From positions 25,482,001 to 25,546,000 of the forward strand of contig JAQFVV010000004.1 of NCBI GenBank assembly GCA_028023455.1: a stretch of DNA of 64,000 nucleotides. The letters run 5' to 3'. Origin of the DNA: Epiperipatus broadwayi. Taxonomy: Eukaryota > Animalia > Onychophora. This document shows, piece after piece, positions 28,192 to 41,762 of this stretch. The position numbers and the translations under genes are program-made. Position 1 is the stretch's first letter. The number at the start of each line of letters is the position of its first letter. The notes beneath the pieces were generated by a model. The model did no database searches. It had not been told where the DNA came from and saw only the letters and a list, made by a program, of their open reading frames with translations.

Positions 28192-30660
28192 GATACTTGT
28201 AAGTTTTCAAGAATACAAAGATGGCAGCTTGTATTTTTAATAAATATACAGTTTCAAAGACTTACCAAGATTGCAGTTCATATTTCATCAACAATCTTCG
28301 ATACTTTTTTTCCCCACTGGATAAGCTGCCAGGTGATGCTGCAGAATCACCAAGAAGCCTGTAAGTGATAAATTTCTACCCAAATATGCCTCAAATCACT
28401 GAAATCAAAAATTAAAATGCCTGAAGTGAGAAATGCAAAATCACTGAAATTGATGAAAAATTAAAATGCAAAAATGGCTAAAATCGATGGAAAATTAAAA
28501 TGCCTGAAGTGAGAAATTTCTATCCAAAAATGCCTGAAAAATTGATGGAAAAATAAAATGAAAGAATCGCTAAAATCTATGGAAAATTAAAACATCTGAG
28601 GTGAGAAATGGTTAGAACCCCCCTCTTCTGCATGAAGAGTTCAATGAAAAATAAGTAAAGTGCAAATTATGAATGCTAATTTTCAAAAGCCTATGAAATA
28701 AAAGAAAAAAAACTATAATAAAAGCCCAACAAAAATATACTAAATCTCAAAAAAAAATTAACGATGACAAATTAATGGTTTGAAAAAAAATTACTCTGAC
28801 TTTCAACACTATAATGATGAGGAGTGTAATAATTCACATTCAATATAGATAACAATGAACTCATAGCTATTTCATAGGCTTTTGAAAATAGCATTCATAA
28901 TTTGCACTTTACTTATTTTTCATTGAACTCTTCATGCGGGGGGATGTTTTTAACCATTTCTTACCTCAGACATTTTAATTTTCCATAGATTTCAGCAATT
29001 CTTGCATTTTATTTTTCCATCGATTTTTCAGGCATTTTTGAATAGAAATTTCTCACCTCAGGCTTTTTAACTTTCCATTGATTTCAGTGATTTTTGCATT
29101 TTAATTTTTCATCGATTTCAGCAATTTTGCATTTCTTACCTCAGGTGTTTTAATTTTTGATTTCAGCGATTTGAGCCATTTATGGATAGAAATTTATCAA
29201 TTACAGGCTTCTTGGTGGTTCTGCAGCATCACCTGGTGGCTTGTCCAGTGGGGAAAAAAGTACCCACTTTCAATATTTACAGAATTAATGTAAACTTTTT
29301 TAAAAAGGAATAAATTCTGATAAATTTCATTAACAATCTTTATCTCAATTTTTTTTTTACTTTCCCAAAAATATTTATAAAATTAATGCTACAATTTAAA
29401 AAAAGGAATAAATTCCAATAAATTTCATTAACAATATTTATTTCAATTTTGTTTTTTAATTTCCCCCAAAAGCATTTACTAAATGATTGGAGGGCCTACA
29501 ATCTCCCAAGGCTGTGTTTTCTTAGTTAAATTAAAAAATAAAGTAATAAATTCCAATAAATTTAATTGACAATTTTTATTTCAATTTTTTTTTTTTTGTT
29601 TACTTCTTGATGAATGGAGGGTCTATAATCTCCCAAAGATGTCTTACATACAAAAAAATGAACCAAAATAATAATAATATAAATATAATATTTACATTTT
29701 ATTCATGTCTACAATCTCCTGATGATATCTTAGTTACATTTACAAAAAAATGAACCAAAATAATAATAATATAAATATTTACAGTTTATCTATGTTAATG
29801 GCATACAATCCTTAATGGCTTCCAAAATCAATACAAATGTTCACAGGGTCTATAATATTTCAAAGATCTTACTTGTTAAATTTAAAAAATAATAATAATG
29901 TAAAATTTCAAAGAAGTAATAAATTCCAATAAATTTCATATAAATTTTGATAAATTTCATGAAGAATATTTATTTCAAGTTTTTGAAATTTATGATGTGG
30001 AAGTGACAAGATGCTCTTAACATTGTTGCAATCTTCAGTTCTACATCTTTCTTTTTGGCTACAGGTTGTTGTTTTGTTTTTTTTTGTAAATTGTGATAAT
30101 GTTCAAAATTAGGAATTTTCCTGCCACAGAAGGGTATGGAATTCTACTCTCCATAAAAGTGTGCATTAATGATCATGATATGAAAATTAAAAACACATCA
30201 GGAAACTGCATGACAATGCTTGGATTCTTACTGGACAGAATTTATGTGGTGTTGACTGCAAAAACAACAAGATTCATTAGAAGTGATTTTGGAAGGCATT
30301 AGGATTTGCACACTGCTGACATGAATAAACTATAATTATTGTATTTACATATATATATATATTGGTTCATTTTTTATAAATGTAGCATGGGAGGTTGTAG
30401 TCCTTCCACTCATGTTCTTTGGGAAATTGGAGGCCTTCCACTCATTTTTTGTAAATATAACTTTGGAAAGTAAATAAAAAAAATTGAAATAAAGATTGGC
30501 AATTAAATTTATCAGAATTTTTTTTTTTTAATTTAATATTAATTTTGTAAATGTCAGAAGATTGTTAGTGAAATATGGGCTGCCATCTTGATAAGCTCTT
30601 AAAACTCTATATTTAGCATATGGGTTGCCATCTTGATATTTCTGAAAACACACAACTACC
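28192..30660. mobile_element. Outer non-autonomous DNA element with long, internally repetitive inverted arms
   Basis: 28192-28300 plus 29270-29710 align with the reverse complement of 30315-30660. The arms carry AAGATGGCAGC-type motifs and repeated AATAAATTCCAATAAATTTCATTAACAAT units. Confidence 0.7.
28302..29262. mobile_element. Inner foldback element (~400-bp inverted arms) inserted in the outer element
   Basis: Starts TACTTTTTTTCCCCACTGG and ends CCAGTGGGGAAAAAAGTA. Arms ~28302-28710 and ~28868-29262 are reverse complements and contain ~35-40-bp subrepeats; the unique spacer is ~160 bp. Confidence 0.9.
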
Positions 30661-32113
30661 CATCTCTATTATAAATCATTTACAAGCATGTAACTAAAAG
30701 AGTCATTAAGATAAATAAATAATAAGTTATTTTAAATAATGAAGATTTAAGATATATATAATATTTAATGTGTTTGGGAATAGCTTATATTCACATTATT
30801 TAACAACTGTATACTATATCTAAATAATCAGAAAATGTCATATAAATCCTACATATTATATATATAATTATACAAACATATACAAGAAAAGGATTAAGAA
30901 AACTTTCAATACAGAATATTTTAAACTGCTAATTATAGAGCAAATTACAAATTGAGCTATTAACCTTTCTTTCTTTGCACATAAGGACTTGCATATAAAT
31001 CAGCATTAGTATTATACATGTTAACCAGATGATCATCCATCTCAATCATATAACTATTTATTCTCTACATCTCTAATAGTTAACCATTGTATATTATTTT
31101 AGCATACTTTTGTATATTGAAATCCATTTGTTACCTATTAAATAACTATTATTTTTGTCCATAATATATTTTCTTAAATATTTCTTTGTCACATATCCAT
31201 TAGAGTGAAATATCTGTAGGAAGCTAATAATAGTCAATGCATATGTAGATTCTATATAATGTATTTTTGAAATTATGTAAATGATGCCCCCCAAAATAGA
31301 AATTATAATTTATGTCGATGACTTCAGGCATTGCTAGGAGTACTGTCTAAGCATTCATAAATAAATAAAAATTGATTATTTGGTTATGTCCTGGAAGTTT
31401 ATTAAAAATACAATATATATTTATTTTACAAATCAATTTATTCATTATAAAAGGTTAAAGATCACTTTCAAAATTCTATTTGGATAATAGATGTTTTTGA
31501 AAAATAGATACTAAAATTAATAATATTTTTACTATATATATAAAAAAATATCTGACGGTTTGACTATGGTATAGTAGTAATATTAAATCATTATTTTTAA
31601 TTAATACTCAATTACATAAATTATCTAACTAGCATAAAGTTTATATATTTAGTACCAGGATATTGTTTTAAAAAATAAATTTCGTTATACAAAATCATCC
31701 AATGTGAAGTTTTGTTATTATGTTTTATTCCTATTAAACTCAACAACGGCCACTTACTTTTAGGATGACAATAATATTTTGAACAAGTAAAATGAATAAT
31801 TCGATCATCTTTTGAATAATAGTGCAAGAATTGAGATTAGATGAATGATATATTTACTTTGTATCCACTGACTAAGTTCTTCACTAACACTCATTTGTAT
31901 CCTCACCTAGCTAATTTTTTGTTGTTTCTTTGTATTCGTCTATAGGTCAAATAAAATTATCTTGAAAGAGAATTATATATTGATTTTATCTACTCATTTA
32001 GATTTAGATAAAATTATCCAGCTTAGAGAAGTCAAATACATATCTTTGCAATTTTAAAAATGAAAAAGTTACAAGTCAAGTTGAAATATCTGGAAAAATT
32101 TTAAAATATGGCG

Positions 32114-33945
32114 TGTTGTGTGTGCGTTATTACAATAAACACAGACTCGTAAAATTACAATTTAAAATTTATTAATTAAAACAAATATACAAATAAGTAT
32201 TTACAATCTATTCAACTTTTGTACTTTTGTCTGATTGCCACTGACTTGATATAACATGAAATTGCCATGCAAATAGTGTAAGGGACTTCATGTTTCCTTC
32301 TAGATTTACTTACTCATTCCAGCAGTAGTATGAAAGCTTGCCTCATGAGTAGGCATGATGGCACTTCAGACTGTTCTGGGACAGCTTGCCTTGTGTCTGA
32401 TTTTGGGTCTAGGAGCTTCCTGTTCTAACATGAACTTGCCTCACTGCTTTAACTATGTATACTGATGTTCAGGTCTGACAGTAAATTGTTGTTGTCTCTT
32501 TTACCTCTCACAGACTGACTATTTATAACCAGATCCCCATTCATAATGAGAACAATAAGATTCACTGAGTATCTATTCATATATCTATTGATCTGTGATG
32601 AGAAATATACAATCCAATTGAAACAAGATGGAATCTGGACTAATCCATACTCTCTTCAACTAAAATTAGTATTGGAAAATGCAATCATTCAGATGACTTG
32701 TTAAACATATTCATTGTTTGTATCAGGTTTTGTGGTTTCATTAGCAAGTCCAATGTTTTTATGTAAAGGTCTAATGACTTTGAACTTTTATAGATGCATC
32801 ACTACTGGCTAGTGTCTCTTCACTGTTAGTTGATGACTCTACACTGTTGGATGATGACCCTTTGGTGTTGGATGATGACTCTTCATGGTTGATTGGTAAT
32901 ATACAGTTTATTCTTAACTGGTTTCTATGCCTATGGTGTTGTTTTCCATCAGTTTTTTGAACAACCACTGTTTGCAATCCTTTTAATTTGATCCCAACTA
33001 CTGGCCCATTTGGTGATTCAACTATACATGTGATATATAACTTGCATACCTATCTGCAATTAAATATTGCTATTTTCAAGATTTAGTTGAATTAGGACTA
33101 AGAGCTGTGCTTGATGTATAATGCAGTCTAAAAACATTCTGGCAATGCAGGTGTTCCAACTATCTGTGTTGGCCTTTTTTAGAATTTTTATAGTTTGTCA
33201 AACTAGTCTCTCGACCTATCCACTGGTCTCAGGATGGAATGGTGGTCTAACACTAGTTATTGTTGGTACAAATTTGTCCAAATACTATTGGTGTAAAAGT
33301 TGTGCCATTGTCTGAAACTATAGTTTTAGGCAGACCATGGATAGTGAATAACCTATGAAGTGTTTTGATAAATCCTATCAATTCCACCAAATTGTTGTGC
33401 TTATACATAATTAGAATAAACACAGACTCATAAAAATACAATTAAATATTTATTAATTAAAACAAATATAGAAATACATATTTACAATATATACAACTGT
33501 TATGTCTTTGTCTGATACCATCGTCTTAATATAACATTTAATTGCCAAGAAGCTATTAATGTAAGAGGCTTCAGACACTTTCATATAATCTGTGAGAGCT
33601 TGTCTCATATTTGATTTAGGTCCTAAAAGCTTCCACTTTTAATGTTAACTTGTCTCACTGTTTTAACCATATTGTGGATAATGTGTGCACGGCTATTCAG
33701 ATATGACAGCAAATTGTTGTTATCTCCTTTACCTCCAATTGGATAGTTTATTTATGATCAGATCCTTATCCATAATGAGATCAATTAAATTCACTGATCA
33801 TCATCACCTTTGGCCTGCTTCTTTTATTGGATATACATGTTATCTATTCATATATCTATTGGTCTGTGGTGATAAAATCTCATTTTGATTGAGGTAACAT
33901 GGAATTTGGAGTAGACAATTAGTCAAAATAAGTTGAGATATAACA
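32114..33945 (-). mobile_element. Internally deleted Ty3/Gypsy LTR element retaining only integrase
   Basis: Two diverged ~530-bp direct repeats (33393-~33930 and 32114-~32650), both ending ACAACA on the minus strand. PBS-like TTTGGTGG at 33391-33384, then an integrase core. The outer (right) boundary is uncertain and no TSD was found. Confidence 0.85.
32771..33375 (-). pseudogene. Gypsy integrase fragment (core + C-terminal)
   Basis: LHRLFTIHGLPKTIVSDNGTTF (IVSDNG at 33321-33304), PPFHPETSG*VER and DGKQHHRHRNQLR match Gypsy IN motifs FxxxGxPxxIVSDNG, PYHPxSNGxAER and RRHxxQLR. Contains stops. Confidence 0.9.
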
Positions 33946-33989
33946 GGTAATAATACGTTAACTTAAAAATATTAGAAATTTTCAAAAAT

Positions 33990-35060
33990 ATATGAGTTAT
34001 GCCACCTGATCTTAATTATGTTTATATTATTCCCTCTTTTAAAAGCAAAAAGTATAGACATGATTTCAGTAATTATCATAGAATATCAGTATTATCAACC
34101 ACAGCAAAGGTAAGTTCAATAATTTTTTGAATAGATTGCTTTCTATCATAGATGAATGATTATTAGAGACTCAATATAGTTTAGAGAATCAAGAAGCAGT
34201 ACAAACATTATTGTTTTTATTGATTTTGTGAAGGCATTTGATTTAGTTAATCAAACATGTTTATGGTATTGTTTGAAATTTCTGGTTATCCTCTGAAATT
34301 TATTCATATTATGCAGCTTCTATATTATGGGATGAAAAGAAGTGTTAATATTCTAAGGGAAATGTCTGAGAAATCTGAAGTGAAAAGTGGTGTTGAACAA
34401 GGGTATGTACTTGCTAATATTGTTTTCAATTTTTATGACAATGTTTTTTGAAATTATTTATAGACAGTTTAATAAAACAAGGATCAAGATATATAGATTT
34501 GATAGTGGAATTTTAAAGAAAATATGAGAAATTTATTTTTTTGGATTTTGGATTTAAATCATATTAATGATTATGCTATTTTTATCAGTTCAAAAGACAA
34601 TTTACAGACTGCACTTAATGCAACATGTAGAAACTTTGGTTTATTACTTAAGATTCAAAAAATTCAAGTTTTATATTATCCAATGAGGAAGAAAAGTGCC
34701 CAGAGATATTTAGTTTGAAAGAATATCAACTTGAGAATGGAAATCAATTTAAATATCTTGGGAATGTTATAAGAAGAAAGGTATGCTTAAATATTGAGAT
34801 ACAGCACAGATCCAATGAGCTGCTACTATTTTTAACAAATTAAAAAATAAAGTTTTTTATCATAGTAAAATAACTACTGCAAGTAAATTATCTGTATATG
34901 TAGACCTATTATTTTAATTAATTTATTGTATGGATGAGAGACTTGGTCACTCTGTTGATGCAATATAAAGGCATTAGAAAAATTTCATTTAAGAATGCAT
35001 CATAACATTTTAAAAATACAATGATATGATCATTACACAAATCAATATGAACTTTAATTT
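33990..35060 (+). mobile_element. RTE-clade LINE reverse-transcriptase region (decayed)
   Basis: Motifs SNYHRISVLS, FIDFVKAFD (34216-34242), GYPLKF, VKSGVEQG, QFKYLG and LLYG*ETW appear in order. Confidence 0.9.
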
Positions 35061-37899
35061 GCTGTATCATTTGTGCAGTTATTTAGAATTAATCACTGTT
35101 TGTCATAAATAAAATAATTTACCTAATTATTACTCAGGGTTTTACAAGAAGTAACCAATCTGTAGATTTGAGACATGAAACTTGAGTACTAAATTGTGCC
35201 ATTTTGTCACTGTATTAAACATACAAGTTAAGATTTTTCATGAAATATATGTATAGGGAAAAAACATAGTTCTAAAAAAATTTATGCTGAAAAATAGTTT
35301 AAAACTTTGTACAAGCTTGCAAATATTTATTAGAGTCATTTGTTAATTTAATATTTCAACAAACAAATACATTTGGAAGCAGTTTTAATTTTAGATAAAT
35401 GTACTTTATTATTTTACCATATATTCAATCTGCTGTTTTTATTGTGTTTATTATTGTTATTATTAATTATTAATTCACAGATGTTTTTATCATTACTAAT
35501 ATACATGTTTATAAAATAATGATCAGTTATGATATTACTAATTAATACATTGTTCAAATGATGTTTATAATAATCTAATATCTAAAACAAAGTGTTAGAA
35601 TTTAATAAATTGTCTTTAGGCAAATTAATTTTTGTCATAAGCATTTTAAAATCTTGTTTTAAAAATATTATTAGAACGTTTTGAAGTTGGTGCTAATCAA
35701 AAAATTATTACTTATATTGTTAATTTATGTCACACATTGCTGATGAAAATTTAAATTCTAAACTTTTTAATGTTCATAGTAATAAATATTTACATAATAG
35801 ATATAAGACTGTTTTGCTTTATCTCAGACACAAACCAACACATCGTATAAATCCCTTAGCCTACATTTAACATTTTCAAAAACAGCAATAATTCACTCTA
35901 CTTTGAAGCTATCTATGAAAGTATGAATAATCAATAAACACTAGATAATAGCTTAAACTATATCATATTTTGGTTTCTAGTTATAAACTTTTGTTAATGA
36001 AGAACATTAGATTGCACATATATATTTAATATTCAAATTAATGAACTGAAAATTATAACACATCAAAAAGATTTTTTTGTATAATTGCATAGTTTTGATA
36101 TTACATAAATAATTATATACATACACCCACCTACATAGATATATACACCTATATCCTCTTAGAACTTGGCCATTATGCAAGAATTCACAGTAATAATCAT
36201 CATCAATGTGTACCCACTATTTTGATTTACAATTGACCATTCACTATAATGATCTTAAACAAAATTCAATTTTTTCACAGCCAATTTGTAAGACTGTTGA
36301 TGTCACAGGTTAGTTATGAAAGCTACTTCATGCAAAATCACAGTAGCAACTTTCATGCTGAAATTGAACAGTACAGTATTTATTCATATTACACAATATT
36401 ATAATGTTTTATAAAACATTTTGATTATGAACATAAAAATATGATTAACAAATGTGCAGTACAATATTTTATTTAATTTTCATCCAGCAATCTTGCACAA
36501 CAATCTGTACTTTATTAAGGATATATCCAAAATAAGGATTTTCATTGTTAATGGTTACAAAATATAAAAAAAGTGTTTCAGTATAATAAATAATCAAAAT
36601 CATATTTTGATGACAGATGACAACCAAATATATGAATATAGTTTTAAATTTTAAAATATGTACATTAGTTTAAAAAACTGTATACTGGTATTTACTCACA
36701 TTTGTGGATGAAAATTCTTATGAATGTTACTTGGTTTCAGCAAAAATTATGACCATGGTACTGTAATTTACATATCGTAACTGTTATTTTGAAAAAAAAA
36801 ATGATTTCATGGATTATGCAAGTAAGAATGAACTTTATATAAACAAAATTTACTAAATCTAAATTTTAAATGATTTTAAAACATTTTGTAATTTGTTTCA
36901 AAAATTAGCAAACATTATCACTAATATATAAAAATATAGAAACAGAAAAAAATTGAACATTTTATTCAGCATAAAACTATAAATGAATTTTGGTCATATA
37001 GTATTAATATTTAATTTAAAATCATTTTCAGTGTATTAGTTGAATATCTAAGTTCAACTGCACATATACTTAAAAAAGATTAGTTATTTATTATCTTATA
37101 ACCTTTGTTAGAAAACTTTAAAAAGATGTGAATAAACACATTAATTTTATTGACTATCTGTGCACTTAGCTTATATATATATTTTATAAATAAAGTTATT
37201 GAAATTGTGCAGTTGTGAGTAGACAGTATATTATTATTATGATTTCTACATTAATATCTATTCTCGAAAATTAGCAGATTGTTTTAAGATATTGAATAGT
37301 TATTAAAAAAACAACTTATAAGCACTGTTCATGAAAAATTGAATGGATATAGAAGTTATCCTGAAAGCTTAGGTGAGAGAACTGAGTATAGACTAAAGTG
37401 AGATATATATGGGTGTAGGTTTTCAATGCAGATGGAAATAAAATTAGTCAGGCAGTGGCAAAGACTGATTAAAGTAGATGTGATGTTATTGTGATATGTT
37501 ATTATATTTGTGGGTGAAAATATGCTGTTAATGGGAACTTAAATAAATATGGACTATTTATATTATTGCTGTGAGCATATGAATCTATTTCCACATGACT
37601 GTGTATTGTTAATGACTTTCAATAATAAAAATTACTCTATTAGTAATTATACTTGTATTTTATTTATTTCAGTACAAGTGAAAAGACTGAATTGTTGAGT
37701 TTCAAGTTGTTTCATCTCTTTATTCATTTTAATAATTGATGCTTATATGGCAGGTTTCATTTAACAAACTTCTGGATACATCACAGAATGATGCAGATCA
37801 ACAATTAAACAAACTTCTAATTAGTTGTCAGAATGAAAGAAGAATGGTATAAACATTAATAATGACATTGCCAAGACAAATCATGAGTTCATTGTGAAT

Positions 37900-40310
37900 A
37901 ATGCTACAGTATTGAATGATATGTCAAACTTTATATGTTTATAAATGATGTCAAGGCCAACAAAGTTAAGATGGCTACCCTGTTGGTTTTGTTGGAAAAA
38001 ATATTTTACAAATATCTAAACAGTTGTATAACTCTTAGGTCATGAAAATATTCCATATCAAGACTTAATAGAAAATCTGAATGTTTATTTTCAATTGGTA
38101 GTGTTGAAATTGTGACACATTTATGTTTTCAAATGAGAAAAAAATCATCTTGCAAGCAGTATTAGCATTACAGTTTGGACTGTGGACACTCACAAAACAA
38201 TGTCAATTTTTCTCTGAGAAGAAATGTTATTAGATCAAATGTTGTTTGGAATGTCAGGCAATAACTTCAGAAAACTTTTATTAAATGAGTGAATCTATCG
38301 TATAAGAATGCAATCAGAAAATGTATTGTACAAGATACTGTATTAAAGGATGCATTAGAAGTCCAAGCTTCAACTGGTGTGTGAAAAAAATGATTCTTGT
38401 TAATAAAGTACAAGTTGTTACCACAAGTTTGAAGATTATAAAAGATGACTTGATTTGGTATGGCTGTGACATAAAAGGCCCATTAAATTTTTTTACAAAT
38501 TTAAAATGGAGAAGTGTAATATAAAATAACAGTTGACTTGTGTCTGTCATCATAAAGTTAAAAGTGCAAAACTGAACTTTAAATTTAGGAGAGGTGGAAT
38601 GAGAGGTAAAAAAGATGTCAAGTAAATAAGTGATACTGACAATAGTGCCATTAAGTTAAACATGAAAAAAAAATCTGTAAAAGAAAATAAATTTGGAAAT
38701 TGACAGTGGCACAAATTATCATTATTATAAAAAGATTGGAATATTATTAGTGGTAAAAATAAAATAAAAGCAAGTGGAAGTTGGAAAATACACATGCACT
38801 GATTATAGATGGAAATGGTAACTAGATAGTCATATGTAATAAGATGATTGTGTCTGTGAAATTCAATGTCAGGATTAAATTGCTACTCATGTTTATAGTG
38901 AAGAGTAATGTTAACCCTTCACTGGATAAAAACTGGTTTATTCACTAGGAATATTTCTCAAGATAATTAAAAAAGTACAAATTAGAGATGATTTCCCATT
39001 TATTTAAGTTGGGATTAACTGAATTTAAATCACAGTCTGCAGATATCAAATGACAGATGGATTCTCAGTGTTTAAACCATGATCAGCCTATAATGTTTAA
39101 ACTCTGTAAGGTCCTATTCACTTTAAAACCAAAAGTTGAGCAGACAATTAAAAACATGGTATTTAAAGGTGCATTGTCTATAGTAGAAGACTCATTGTGG
39201 GTATACTAGTGGTAATGATAATGAATCCAGACAAAACTATCTTTGTGAAGATTACCATGTTACACATAATAAATTTATCAACAAAGGAGCATATTTTGTG
39301 CTTAAGTGTGTATGAAGTTCTAGCATGGCTTCAGAAAGCATTTTTTTTTTCACCAAAAATTGATTTAATTCCTCTTTCCACCAAATACCTGTTATGAAAG
39401 GAATGGCAGAATTGCTTTCCATTAGCACTCACATAAAACATTTTAAATAGAATGTTATCTTATAGGATCACAATAACCCTGAATATTTTCCAAGCCAAAA
39501 TGGATAGTTTGTTCCAAGGCATGAAGAAAGTTATTCAGTATCTGGATGATATACTTATAACTGCCATATCATGAAAATATCTTAAAATTAGACATTGTGA
39601 GAGCTAGACTGAATTCCACAAAGTGTACCACAAAATGGACATGGGTTATCTCAGAGATAAAATTTGTGGGTCATGTTATTACTCATAAGGATATTTTAAT
39701 GTGGATAAAGAGTTATAAAAAATGCTGCAAAGTTCAGGAGCATCATGAATTTACAAGATTTCTTAGGATTACATAATTTCTTCATTTTCTTAGAGGAAAA
39801 TCATATCATTATATATGAGTTATTGCTGAAAGAATAGTGCAAACGATGGACAGAGGAACATAGTTTATCAGAAAGTGGAAGATTTACTAATAACTAAGTA
39901 ACTTACTGCAGCAACCAGGAAGTGATTATAACCATCAACACTTCAGAATTCAGAGTTGGAAGTGTCATATCACAATACTGTTTTTTAGAACATATAATTG
40001 TGTGTACCTTGAGAACCTTGGCAGCTGTTGGAAAAAAGTACTCAACTTGATAAATAAGTACTGGCTAATGTCTTCATACTTACAAAATTCCATCAATACA
40101 CATATGGATGAAAATTTTTGTTCTTTACAGACTATTATCCATTAATAGGAATTTTCAGTCCAAATAAGAAAACTCCAGAACAAGTTTGGATTAGAGATAT
40201 ATTAAGAGGAAATGGGCTCAAATCAGTATCAAAAGTTGTTAATGTAATCAAGTTAGATAATAGACTATTTAAAAGAAGATATGTCAATAATCTGTCCTCA
40301 TCATATTGAT
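37900..40310 (+). pseudogene. Decayed gag-pol of the Gypsy element
   Basis: Gag EEMLLDQMLFGMSGNNFRKLLLNE, protease LEIDSG (DSG 38702-38710), RT YLDD (39539-39550), and RNase H RTLAAVGKKYSQLDK...KFHQYTYG*KFLFFTDYYPL. It then jumps directly to the post-integrase motif VWIRD...KRRYVNNL. Many stops and frameshifts. Confidence 0.9.
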
Positions 40311-41000
40311 GCATCAACAGCCAATACAAAACTTGAGTTTAATGAAAATAAGGGATGCACAGATATTTCTGCAGCAGCTCAAAATATTGAAATGTCCAAG
40401 ATCATTCAAGCTGATGAAACAAATAATCAGTCACATGATTATACAGTAGAATTGGGGGAGGATGTTTTAACATCAAGATAATAACAACAAATAGATATAA
40501 TTATGGATCATAATGAAGAAAAATCTGTTACACTCCCTCAATATACACAAAATTGAAAAAGACCTGGGAGACTAAATGATTATTCTCTAGAGTGAAGGGA
40601 TGTATGGACTGTCTGTGCACATATCTATATATTATAATAAATAACAAAAACTCATATACAGCAGTTATATAGCAACTTCATTAATTCCCATATCTATATA
40701 TAAATAAAATTATTGAAATTGTATAATTGGGTGCATACAGTATATTATTATTATGATCTATAAATTAATATGCACTCAAGAAAATTAGCATATAGTATTA
40801 AGGTATAAATAATCAATGAAATTAAAATATGCTAATAAGTTCTATTTATGCAAAAAATGAATGGGTAAAGAAATTAGCCTGAATGTTTAGATGAGAAAAC
40901 TAAATGTAGACTAAAGTAAGCTCTGTGGGTAGGTTTGCAATGCAGATATAAGTAAAATCAGTCAGACAGTGGTAAAGACTACTTAAAGTAGATGCGAAAA

Positions 41001-41106
41001 GTCAAGCATTGGTGGTTGAGAGGTCAGCGACAGCTGCTTTACAAGCATTTGTGCCGGGTTAGCGGGTTCGCTTCCCAGCTGATGCTATAACACATGAGGA
41101 AAAAAA
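41001..41106 (+). mobile_element. tRNA-Val(UAC)-derived short SINE, copy 2, with target-site duplication, inserted in the Gypsy 3' LTR
   Basis: A box TGGTTGAGAGG, B box GGTTCGCTTCC and an A tail. TSD AAAGTAGATGCGAAAA (40985-41000) / AAAGTAGATATGAAAA (41107-41122). Absent from the equivalent 5' LTR site (~37471-37483). Confidence 0.9.
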
Positions 41107-41660
41107 AAAGTAGATATGAAAAATCATGATGAAAAGTTATATGTCGTTGAAAACATCCTGTTAATGGAAACTTATAGAAATGCAGACTATTTATATTATT
41201 GCTGTGAGCATGTGAATAGTATAAAGTTAACTCTATTAGTAATTATACTTTTATTTTATTTATTTCATTTCAAGATAAAAAGTCTGATTTGTTCAGTTTC
41301 GAATTGTTTTATTCTTTATTTGTTTTAACAATTGTTGTTTACCCAGTAGGTTTCAATTTACAAAACCCCGGATTATATAGCAGTTTACAGTGAATAAAAA
41401 TTATTTCTTGTTTAATATGTTATTTAAATTATTTTTTAAAAACAGCATCGCGTGATTTCACTTAATTACATTGACAGAAGTGAGGATTGACCTTCATTGT
41501 AATGAAAAAGTACTTGTTTGAAAATATCAGGATAACATTTATCTTTATTATGCTATGCATAAAAATGATTTACTGTTTTCATTGTTTATTATTTTTAAAG
41601 TTTACATATGTAATCATACTACTATAATAAATCAATTCTAGTATGGGATTTGAACTCAAA

Positions 41661-41762
41661 TCATTTATCTTTTTCACATATGTGTGGCCATGTGTATCAG
41701 TTGTATGAGATAGAGTGGATAACTGCAGATAGATAGTTTGAAAGTGTGAGTTTAAATCTCTT
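41661..41762 (+). mobile_element. tRNA-like SINE segment homologous to the 26.5-kb hammerhead-linked element
   Basis: TCATTTATCTTTTTCACATATGTGTGGCCATGTGTATCAGTTGTATGAGATAGAGTGG...GAAAGTGTGAGTTTAAATCTC aligns with the reverse complement of 26462-26562. Confidence 0.65.

Larger units (their letters stand above)
37146..41382 (+). mobile_element. Ty3/Gypsy LTR retrotransposon (Mag-like), integrase core deleted
   Basis: 5' LTR ~37146-37783 and 3' LTR 40601-~41382 are diverged direct repeats. The polypurine tract AGAGTGAAGGGA lies immediately before TGT at 40601, and the interior holds gag-PR-RT-RH remnants. Confidence 0.92.

Noticed and set aside
31311-31322. Isolated YVDD string as an RT active site
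   Set aside because: No other RT motifs nearby.
41001-41106. Functional tRNA-Val gene
   Set aside because: No proper acceptor stem, an extra insertion before the T arm, and an A tail with TSD: a SINE, not a tRNA gene.
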